From Cyanobacteria bacterium J06626_4 (GTDB lineage Bacteria > Cyanobacteriota > Cyanobacteriia > Phormidesmidales > Phormidesmidaceae), in contig JBCBJQ010000146.1 of assembly GCA_038523235.1 (NCBI GenBank), positions 1 to 11,073 on the forward strand: a DNA stretch of 11,073 nucleotides. Direction: 5' to 3'. The notes under the pieces are model-generated. The model was not told the origin of the DNA. It saw only the letters and a list, made by a program, of their open reading frames with translations, and did no database searches. Of this stretch, positions 1-6,800 are shown piece by piece. The translations under genes were made by a program, and so were the position numbers. How positions within the stretch are numbered: position 1 is the first letter of the stretch; every line of letters begins with the position of its first letter.

Positions 1-76
1 GATTGCTGCCTTCTATAACCTGGAATATGCCCAGGCTGCTTGATTCAGACAATTCGATTTAATCTGCAAGAGGTCT
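1..76 (+). mobile_element. Right end of an IS5-family (ISL2/IS702-like) insertion sequence; terminal inverted repeat ending TGCAAGAGGTCT (65-76)
   Basis: TGCAAGAGGTCT followed by AA matches the AGACCTCTTGCA-type terminus I recall for cyanobacterial ISL2-group elements. It lies 21 bp after a transposase-like C-terminus. The left end is outside the window. Confidence 0.65.
2..43 (+). CDS. C-terminal fragment of a probable IS5-family transposase (5' partial)
   Basis: Frame 2 reads IAAFYNLEYAQAA* (TGA at 41-43), resembling the '...NLIAxxYNxEL' ending of ISL2-group transposases. Only 13 codons are visible. Confidence 0.55.
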   Translation: MAAFYNLEYAQAA

Positions 77-98
77 AAAGTTTAGGGTTTGCTCAAAT

Positions 99-119
99 AG
101 GTGAAACAGATTTTCACCT
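99..119. promoter_or_regulatory. Perfect 8-bp inverted repeat AGGTGAAA-N5-TTTCACCT; possible operator or hairpin upstream of the VOC gene
   Basis: Seen directly, 36 bp upstream of the ATG at 156. There is no U-tract, so it is not a clear terminator. Confidence 0.35.
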
Positions 120-155
120 GCAACTGCGGCGATCACCCAAAAACCAGAGAACACC

Positions 156-599
156 ATGAAATTTGGATTAATGATTTATGCGATCGCACTGCAGCCGATG
201 ATTGACTTTTACGTCAACGTCTTGGGGTTTCGCGTTCGCGAATCGGACGATGAGTCTGCGGCTTTGATGGCCGATGAGTGTGAGTTGGTGTTGCTACAGG
301 CACCGACAGATATTGCCAATTCAGTACACGTCACCTGTCCTCCCCAAGCGCGGGAAGCCACCCCCATTAAGCCGGTCTTTTTCATCCACGAGAACCTGGC
401 TGAATTGCGAGCCCGCGTTCACCAATGGAGCGGTCACTTTAACGATGTCACGCAGGAGTGGGCGTACCACGGCGACACAGTCTGTGATGGCTGGGATCTG
501 GAAGGGAATATCTTTCAAGGGCGCTGTTCAGAGACAGGCTTGATGACGGCCCACACCCCAGATGAAAGGATAAACGCTGAAATAAATAGGTTGTCATAA
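156..599 (+). CDS. VOC (glyoxalase/bleomycin resistance) family protein
   Basis: N-terminal 'MIDFYVNVLGF' and C-terminal 'CDGWDLEGNIFQ' (D-P-E-G-N-like) motifs typical of VOC-fold proteins; 147 aa. Confidence 0.8.
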   Translation: MKFGLMIYAIALQPMIDFYVNVLGFRVRESDDESAALMADECELVLLQAPTDIANSVHVTCPPQAREATPIKPVFFIHENLAELRARVHQWSGHFNDVTQEWAYHGDTVCDGWDLEGNIFQGRCSETGLMTAHTPDERINAEINRLS

Positions 600-616
600 A
601 TGAGGCGCGCATTCAT

Positions 617-645
617 TAGGTTGTGATAAGAGACGAAACCCAACC
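617..645 (+). repeat. Degenerate GTAG-type REP-like palindrome (TAGGTTG...CGAAACCCAACC)
   Basis: GGTTG (619-623) pairs with CAACC (641-645). It resembles the dispersed cyanobacterial repeat GTAGGTTGGGT...CGAAACCCAAC (recalled, not searched). Confidence 0.45.
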
Positions 646-672
646 GCAGAAATTAGTTCATGTATACTATTT

Positions 673-747
673 GGGCTGACACACTAAACTAAACAGGGTC
701 ACTCTAATCAGTTATCCGCGCTGAAATCTCATATCTATACGTTGCCC
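673..747 (+). other. Possible eroded attC remnant / cassette start (GTTGCCC at 741-747)
   Basis: The GTT core begins 34 bp before the DUF2200 ATG, and GGGCTGAC (673-680) is roughly complementary to GTTGCCC. L boxes are not convincingly complementary. Confidence 0.3.
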
Positions 748-774
748 GCTGCGTAAGCAATCCAGAAATCTAAA

Positions 775-1140
775 ATGAAGACCACCAAAGATCACGACGA
801 GCGGATCGCAAATATGACGTTCTCCTCTGTTTATCCGCACTATGTTGCCAAGGTTGAGAAGAAGGGTCGAACTGTAGAAGAACTACATCAAGTCATTTCA
901 TGGTTGACTGGTTTCAATGTAAACGATCTGCAGCGCCTAATTAGAGATGACGCTACGTTTAAGCAATTCTTTGCCGAGGCCACGGTCAACCCAAATGCGA
1001 GTCTGATCACCGGCTCGATTTGTGGCTATCGAGTTGAAGACATTGAGACACCGTTGACCCAACAGGCTAGATACCTGGACAGGTTGGTGGACGAGTTAGC
1101 GAAAGGTCGCAAGATGGAAAAGATTTTGCGGGCTCCATAG
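775..1140 (+). CDS. DUF2200 family protein
   Basis: Motifs 'MTFSSVYPHYVAKVEKKGRT', 'ITGSICGYRVEDIE' and 'RYLDRLVDELAKGRKMEKILR' are characteristic of DUF2200; 121 aa. Confidence 0.9.
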   Translation: MKTTKDHDERIANMTFSSVYPHYVAKVEKKGRTVEELHQVISWLTGFNVNDLQRLIRDDATFKQFFAEATVNPNASLITGSICGYRVEDIETPLTQQARYLDRLVDELAKGRKMEKILRAP

Positions 1141-1153
1141 TTCGGAAAACTGC

Positions 1154-1243
1154 GAATAACAATGTCATGTGCCGGAGCGGCGAAGCTGGGCTGTTTGAAA
1201 TGGAGAATTGTTCGTTTTGGTCCGGTGATTGTGGCCATTGTCT
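1154..1243 (+). other. Degenerate integron attC-like site (90 bp)
   Basis: R'' GAATAAC (1154-1160), 13 bp after the stop codon; 5-bp spacer; L'' CATGTGCC-GGA; L' TCC-GGTGATT (1221-1230); 6-bp spacer; R' ATTGTCT (1237-1243), where GTT would be expected. Confidence 0.6.
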
Positions 1244-1327
1244 TGCTTACATTTCGGGTTGTGAAAGCAGTTCAAAAGGCGATTTGTTAGCATTCAGAGT
1301 GATCTCAGACTCAGCACTACGACTGCC

Positions 1328-2242
1328 ATGGATAGCCCCCATTTCTTTTCCTTGCTAGGTGAGATGCCCACCAAAAGTGAATTGAACTTCCAGGTGTTTG
1401 AGGAAGTAGACTGTGGGGCATTCGTTCGTCAAAAAATTGGCTATTCATCTGAGGCAGAAGAAACAATTTCCGCATTTCTCTGTGTTCCTAAAAACATCAG
1501 TGCAGCGCTCCCTGCCATTTATTGCTTTCATCAACATGCAGCAAACTGGTCACTGGGTAAAAGCGAAGTTGTCGGTCCTACAGGTTCACCGGACCAAGTT
1601 TATGCCAAAGAACTGGCAGCACGAGGCTATGTCACTCTGGCTCCCGATGCCATTTGCTTTGAAGAAAGAGCCGGAGCCGCCAATCCAGTGCAATATCATG
1701 CTCACCAACTCCACAACCGATTAATGCAAGGGCAAACCCTTCTGGGTAAAGTGTTGTTTGATATCAGTGCCGGGATCGATTTACTTCAGAGTTTGTCGCA
1801 GGTAGATGCAACTAGAATCGGCTTCATTGGTCATTCTTATGGTGGTAGAACTGCGTTGTTTGCACCCGTTTTTGATCGCAGAATTAAGGTGGCAGTCAGT
1901 AGTTGTGGGTCTACAAAATTCAAGACAATGTTGACACAAGATATCGGCATTCAGTTTGATTATGTTGTTCCTGGCTTATTAGCATGGGGTGACATCGAAG
2001 ATATTGTGCGATTAGTCGAGCCAGCTCACCTACTCATACTAGGCACTGATGCTGATAAATGGAGTCAAGATATTGAAGATATTTATGAGTATGCCAAATC
2101 GGCATTTATGGCAGGTGAATTAGAGTGGCAAATCTATCCTGGGAAGCATGGCTTTTCTGAGGAGATGCGTAAAAGAGCGTATCAGTTTTTAGATCGTCAT
2201 CTTTTTACAAATTATAAGACACCAGGTATCAATGATTTATGA
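1328..2242 (+). CDS. Alpha/beta hydrolase, dienelactone hydrolase-like family
   Basis: Nucleophile elbow 'RIGFIGHSYGG' (GxSxG), 'LAARGYVTLAPD', candidate catalytic Asp ('GTDADKW') and His ('GKHGF'); 304 aa. Confidence 0.88.
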   Translation: MDSPHFFSLLGEMPTKSELNFQVFEEVDCGAFVRQKIGYSSEAEETISAFLCVPKNISAALPAIYCFHQHAANWSLGKSEVVGPTGSPDQVYAKELAARGYVTLAPDAICFEERAGAANPVQYHAHQLHNRLMQGQTLLGKVLFDISAGIDLLQSLSQVDATRIGFIGHSYGGRTALFAPVFDRRIKVAVSSCGSTKFKTMLTQDIGIQFDYVVPGLLAWGDIEDIVRLVEPAHLLILGTDADKWSQDIEDIYEYAKSAFMAGELEWQIYPGKHGFSEEMRKRAYQFLDRHLFTNYKTPGINDL

Positions 2243-2952
2243 TTATTCGCCATGATATTCATCCTCATCTTTACCTGGCTAATAGTGATCTATTTCCAGC
2301 AGTATTTCAAGTTGCCAATCATCAAGAAGATGAAATACTTGTATGTGACGGCATGGGCATGCTTATTGCCTCTAGCTGGGTGCTTACCGCCGCACATGTT
2401 GCTGATGAAATTGAATCTACTAAAGACTATTTGACAATTGCCGATAAGAGATATGATATCAGGCAAATAATTCTGCATTCACTATGGAAAGATGACGAAG
2501 AAATCATAAGGATCAAAAATGACATTGCTCTCATTCAATTGACTCAACCTGTTTTAGATATTTTGCCAATTCCCCTCTATTTTCAAGATGATGAACTTGG
2601 GCAAAGTGTCACTTTCATGGGATGGGGTGATTTTGGAACTGGATTAACTGGTGTAGAAAAAGCTGATGGTCAATTCCGCTTAGCGACTAATCGCATTGAA
2701 GAAGTGGATGAACAATGGCTAGTATTCTATTTCGATAAGCCGCCTGATACTACTGATTTAGAAGGCATCAGTGGTCCTGGAGATAGTGGTGGACCTGCTT
2801 TGATTCAGACTGAATCGGGTTGGTCACTTGCAGGAATCAGCTCTGGTCAAGACTTAAAAGGCAATGAAAAAGAAGGAGTATATGGAGTATGGGAATATTA
2901 CGTTCGTATTTCGAAATATCTTGACTGGATTAGTTCTATACAACGCCTATAG
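2239..2952 (+). CDS. Trypsin-like serine protease (peptidase S1)
   Basis: Complete triad motifs: 'WVLTAAH', 'NDIALIQL', 'GDSGGP'. ATGA overlap with the upstream gene suggests translational coupling. Confidence 0.92.
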   Translation: MIIRHDIHPHLYLANSDLFPAVFQVANHQEDEILVCDGMGMLIASSWVLTAAHVADEIESTKDYLTIADKRYDIRQIILHSLWKDDEEIIRIKNDIALIQLTQPVLDILPIPLYFQDDELGQSVTFMGWGDFGTGLTGVEKADGQFRLATNRIEEVDEQWLVFYFDKPPDTTDLEGISGPGDSGGPALIQTESGWSLAGISSGQDLKGNEKEGVYGVWEYYVRISKYLDWISSIQRL

Positions 2953-2960
2953 TAAAATCC

Positions 2961-3048
2961 ATTTAACTAATCAAATGTAACGGATAGACAAAACAACTGG
3001 TTCTTCTGGTTTAAGAAGACTTGCTGCCGCTGATTTGAACCATTAGAT
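2961..3048 (+). other. Degenerate integron attC-like site (88 bp)
   Basis: R'' ATTTAAC (2961-2967), 8 bp after the stop codon; 5-bp spacer. TCAAAT-G-TAACGG (2971-2983) pairs with CCGCTGATTTGA (3027-3038) with one unpaired extra base and two mismatches. 5-bp spacer, then R' ATTAGAT (3042-3048). Internal stem TCTTC/GAAGA. Confidence 0.75.
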
Positions 3049-3102
3049 CCAAATTGTCTGAAACGCTTTCTTCTTGGTCAAGGTAATAGATTCAAACCGA
3101 GT

Positions 3103-4815
3103 TTAATGATTCGAAATCGCCCCCAATCTCCAGCCCTGTCCTGGCGTAAGCTCTAAGACTTGCTGGTGGAATTTTCGCAAAGAGGGTCGATGGCCGACGC
3201 TGATAAAGGTGGTTGGAGTCGCTTGCAGGGCGCTGTAGAGTCGCGTTTCGTTGTCGAGGTCGAGGGCGCTGGTGGCTTCATCGAGCAGCGCGTAGCGGGG
3301 CACTTGCAACAGCAGGCGAGCAAAGGCAAGGCGCTGTTGTTCCCCTGGGGAAAGGGTAAACATGTCATCCTGGCCGCCATCTAAGCCGCCCCAGCGATCG
3401 CCCAACTCGGCCAAATTCACCTGGGTCAGCACCGCGACTAAATCGGTGTCGGTTGGGGTCACTGAGGTCGTTGATTGTGGGTAGAGGAGCTGTTCTCGTA
3501 GAGTGCCTCGAATCAAGTAGGGCTGCTGTGGCAGAAACATCAGGTGGCTGGCGTCAGGGGTGGTCAGGGTGCCCGCACCGACCTGCCACAGGCCCGCGAT
3601 CGCTCGCAGCAGCGAACTTTTGCCCACGCCACTCGCACCCATAATGAGCAAATTTTGTTGTGCCGCGATCGCCACCGACAACTCCTGCACCAGGGTGGTT
3701 TGCCCGTCTGGGGTTTGTACCGTGAGCTGATCGAGCGCAATGATTTCTCCTGGCTGCCGCTGAATCTGGGAGACATTAGCCGGGATTGCCGGTCGCGTGA
3801 GAGCCTCATCGAGCTGGCCTAAACGCTGGGTGGCTGCTGCCAGGTTGGTGAGCTGCTGCATCTGCAGCACAATCAGGGCCAGGGCTCCCAGCATCAGGCT
3901 AAAGGCAGCCCCGGCCTGGGTCACATTGCCAATTTCCAGCTCTCCGGCAAATAGGCGCGGCGCGAGAATCAGCCCCGGAATCACAAAGGTGGCGTAGCGA
4001 TAGTGAGTTTGAAACAGGTTGAGCCCCAACTGCCACCGAATCAGGCGCTTAAAGTTGAAAAAGGCCCGCAGAAATTGGCCCCAGCTCTGGCGTAGTTCGG
4101 GGGCTTCGCCACGATAGAGCGCGATCGCTTCGGCATTTTCGCGAATGTGGGCCAACCCAAAGCGAAAGTCGGCCTCTTGCCGCAACTGCTCAAAGTTAAT
4201 GCCCACCAACCGACGGCCAAAGAAAAGGGTGGCGATCGCGGTCCCGACAATCGAGTAGACCACCAAAAACGCCATCAGCGGCGGCGAAATCGCCCAGAGC
4301 ACCCCAGCGATGCCCAATAGTTGAAAAATAGACTCCAGGCCAATCATCCAAAACTTGAGAGACTCTTGGGTCAGGGTGCGAATGTCGGCCTCGATGCGCT
4401 GATCGGGATTATCCAATCGACCCTGCAGGCGCAGCTGGTAGAACTGAGTGCCGTCTAGATAGCGATGGAGATAGCGCCGCGTCAACCACTCGCGCCAGTA
4501 CAGTCCTAACTTGGCGGCAATATAACCGGCCAGGGAAGCAAAGGGTACTCCGACCACCAAGATGCCGAGGAAAATCAGAATCGCCTGCACAAAGCGGTCG
4601 CCATCCTGAGCCGCCAGTGCCGACGTCACCTCGCCCCCAAAAATCAGAAACAGCACCTGCAAAGCCGTGCGGATCAGCAGCACCAATACCAGTACCGTCA
4701 TTAATCCCCAAGCGCCCCACTTTTCCCGCGAGACCCAGTAGGGCCACAGCACGGGCCAAATGTGTTGCCAGCGGGGGCGTTCTAACCAGCGGGAGGGCTC
4801 AAACATCAGCGTCAT
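3103..4815 (-). CDS. ABC transporter fused permease/ATP-binding protein, ABCD/YddA-like (ABC_membrane_2 + NBD)
   Basis: 'DNPDQRI', EAA-like 'EADFRFGLAHIRENAEAIALYRG', Walker A GASGVGKS, signature LSPGEQQR, Walker B/D-loop LLDEATSALD, H-loop SVGHR; 570 aa. Confidence 0.93.
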   Translation of the reverse strand: MTLMFEPSRWLERPRWQHIWPVLWPYWVSREKWGAWGLMTVLVLVLLIRTALQVLFLIFGGEVTSALAAQDGDRFVQAILIFLGILVVGVPFASLAGYIAAKLGLYWREWLTRRYLHRYLDGTQFYQLRLQGRLDNPDQRIEADIRTLTQESLKFWMIGLESIFQLLGIAGVLWAISPPLMAFLVVYSIVGTAIATLFFGRRLVGINFEQLRQEADFRFGLAHIRENAEAIALYRGEAPELRQSWGQFLRAFFNFKRLIRWQLGLNLFQTHYRYATFVIPGLILAPRLFAGELEIGNVTQAGAAFSLMLGALALIVLQMQQLTNLAAATQRLGQLDEALTRPAIPANVSQIQRQPGEIIALDQLTVQTPDGQTTLVQELSVAIAAQQNLLIMGASGVGKSSLLRAIAGLWQVGAGTLTTPDASHLMFLPQQPYLIRGTLREQLLYPQSTTSVTPTDTDLVAVLTQVNLAELGDRWGGLDGGQDDMFTLSPGEQQRLAFARLLLQVPRYALLDEATSALDLDNETRLYSALQATPTTFISVGHRPSLRKFHQQVLELTPGQGWRLGAISNH

Positions 4816-6499
4816 CCGGCTGGGTCTGCAACGTCCAAGTGCGGTCCGGTCGCAGGGTCAAGATCTGCGCATGATAGGGCCGCAAGCTCTCACGGTGGCC
4901 CACACTCACGGCGGTAATGCCCCGTTCGACTAATTGTTGATATAGGGCTTGCTCTTGCGCCAGCGTGACGGCACTGGTGGCCTCGTCCAAAATCACGTAG
5001 GGCGGACTTTGGAGCAATACGCGGGCAAAGCTCAGCCGCTGTTGCTCGCCTAACGAAAGCCGTTGCGACCAGTCGGCCTCGGTATCGAGAGGCACCTGGG
5101 CGAGTTGCGGCAAGCCCACTTGCTCTAGCACCTGCACTAATGATGTATCAGCAGCGACAGGGGCTTCTTGGGGATAGAGGAGTTGTTGCTGCAGCGTGCC
5201 CAAGGGTAAATACGGCTGCTGCGGCACAAACAGCGTGTCGGGCGGCGCCGTGAGATGGCCTTGGCCAGTGGTCCACAAACCCGCCAAAGTCTTCATCAGC
5301 GAACTTTTGCCGACGCCGCTCGGCCCTGTTACCAGCAGACTCTGTCCCGGCGCGATCGTCAGCGACAGGTGCTCACACAGGGACCGCTGACCATCGGGGG
5401 TGGCAATGGTCAGATCTTGCACTCCCAGCATTAAGCCAGGTTGCCGTACGATCGCGCCATCTCCCTGGACTTGCATCGTTTGCAACGACTGGGCCAGCGT
5501 GCCCAAGCGGCTGATGCTGGCCGCTAGCATGGTCAGCTGCTCAAACTGCACGACGATGAGACTGAGGGAGAGCCAGATGCGATCGAAGGCCGCCTGCGAC
5601 TGGACGATTGCTCCTACCTCTAACTGACCCGCCAGAATACTCGGGGCCAAAATCAGACTCGGCAAAATGAAAGTGAGATACTGATAGCCATTTTGAAAAA
5701 AGTCGAGTCCCAATTGCCAGCGAATCAGCCGATTAAAGTTAGTCACCACCCCGGCAAAAAATTGGTTGAGCGCCGCTGCCTCGGCGGGCTGACCGCGATA
5801 AAAGGCGATCGATTCGGCATGCTCGCGCACGTTGATCAAGCCAAAACGGAAGTTTGCTTCACGCTTGAGCTGCTCGGCATTGATGCGGGTGAGGCGGGGG
5901 CCAAAAATCAGGGTGGCGATCGCCGTTCCCACGAGAGCGTAGACCAGCAAAAAGCCGGTCAGGGTGGTGGAGATGACCCACAAAACGCCGATAAACCCAA
6001 CCAGCTGCACGGCTGACTCCAGCGCCATCACGCCGACCAGCACTAACGTTTGGGTCACTTGTCGAATATCTTCTGACAGGCGTTGATCCGGGTTATCGAT
6101 GGGCGCGATTGCGGTGGGTAACGTGAGTCGGTAATAGGCGCGATCGTGCAGATAGTTTTCTAAAAATTGGCGCGTCAACCCCTGCCGCCACCGCAAACCA
6201 ACGGTATCGCGGATAAAGGCAACGACAGAGAGCAACAGGGCACTCGCCAGCAGAATTCCCACAAACGTGAAGAGGGCTTGCTGAAAGCGCTCCGCATCGC
6301 GCGCCGCCAAAGCCGAAATGAATTCGCCGCGCTGAATACTTTCCCAAACGAGAAACCCACCGCTGGCGATCGCGAGCACTCCCAAAAGCACCAGCAGTCC
6401 ACCCAATCGCCAGGTTTGCAGCAGCGGCCCAGACATGCGTAATAGGAGCCAGAGCTGCGTCTGTAAACCGACAGCGGTAGCAGGTGACGATGAGGTCAT
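4799..6499 (-). CDS. ABC transporter fused permease/ATP-binding protein, ABCD/YddA-like (paralog of the downstream gene)
   Basis: 'DNPDQRL', 'EANFRFGLINVREHAESIAFYRG', Walker A GPSGVGKS, LSLGEQQR, ILDEATSAVT, SVGHR. Overlaps the next gene by 17 bp. Start taken at ATG 6499; TTG 6520 is an alternative. Confidence 0.92.
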   Translation of the reverse strand: MTSSSPATAVGLQTQLWLLLRMSGPLLQTWRLGGLLVLLGVLAIASGGFLVWESIQRGEFISALAARDAERFQQALFTFVGILLASALLLSVVAFIRDTVGLRWRQGLTRQFLENYLHDRAYYRLTLPTAIAPIDNPDQRLSEDIRQVTQTLVLVGVMALESAVQLVGFIGVLWVISTTLTGFLLVYALVGTAIATLIFGPRLTRINAEQLKREANFRFGLINVREHAESIAFYRGQPAEAAALNQFFAGVVTNFNRLIRWQLGLDFFQNGYQYLTFILPSLILAPSILAGQLEVGAIVQSQAAFDRIWLSLSLIVVQFEQLTMLAASISRLGTLAQSLQTMQVQGDGAIVRQPGLMLGVQDLTIATPDGQRSLCEHLSLTIAPGQSLLVTGPSGVGKSSLMKTLAGLWTTGQGHLTAPPDTLFVPQQPYLPLGTLQQQLLYPQEAPVAADTSLVQVLEQVGLPQLAQVPLDTEADWSQRLSLGEQQRLSFARVLLQSPPYVILDEATSAVTLAQEQALYQQLVERGITAVSVGHRESLRPYHAQILTLRPDRTWTLQTQPDDADV

Positions 6500-6523
6500 T
6501 CGATGACTTTTCAAAAACAAGGC

Positions 6524-6537
6524 TTCCTAAATAGGAA
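6524..6537. promoter_or_regulatory. Palindrome TTCCTA-AA-TAGGAA in the divergent intergenic region; possible transcription factor site
   Basis: Perfect 6-bp inverted repeat just upstream of the ABCD operon start. Confidence 0.3.
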
Positions 6538-6800
6538 TCAGTCTCATAATATACAGGGTATTCGCTGGCAAAATAGATTTTCCTAGAGAATTTGGGCGGG
6601 ACTCAACCAGAGCGAAAGTTAGGGCCATCACCGGGGCAACAGCTCTCCTTTGCTGGCCTGTGTCGGGGTTGCTCAACCCTAAATTCAAAGCTTCCAGAAT
6701 GATTGGCCTCAGCATGACTGGCCGAGGGCGACGCAATTACTCGATGATTCAGTTCGGTCGATTTGGCGAAATCGTTGGAACGGGGTGCAGTTTATGGCTA

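Noticed and set aside
1286..1292. GTTAGCA as an additional cassette core site before the hydrolase
   Set aside because: No matching R''/L boxes at suitable spacing; a 7-mer like this is expected by chance.
1167..1358. 63-aa ORF between DUF2200 and the hydrolase
   Set aside because: It runs through the attC-like palindrome, overlaps the hydrolase start and has no recognisable motif.
3153..6442. Many short alternative-frame and antisense ORFs inside the ABC genes
   Set aside because: They are shadows of GC-rich coding sequence, fully overlapped by well-supported genes.
6527..6800. 69-aa minus-strand ORF and the extended devB start at 6660
   Set aside because: No motif. The region is better explained as the divergent promoter, and the extension would put a long atypical leader before the hydrophobic segment.
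6500..6800. NtcA box upstream of devB
   Set aside because: No GTA-N8-TAC found by eye.
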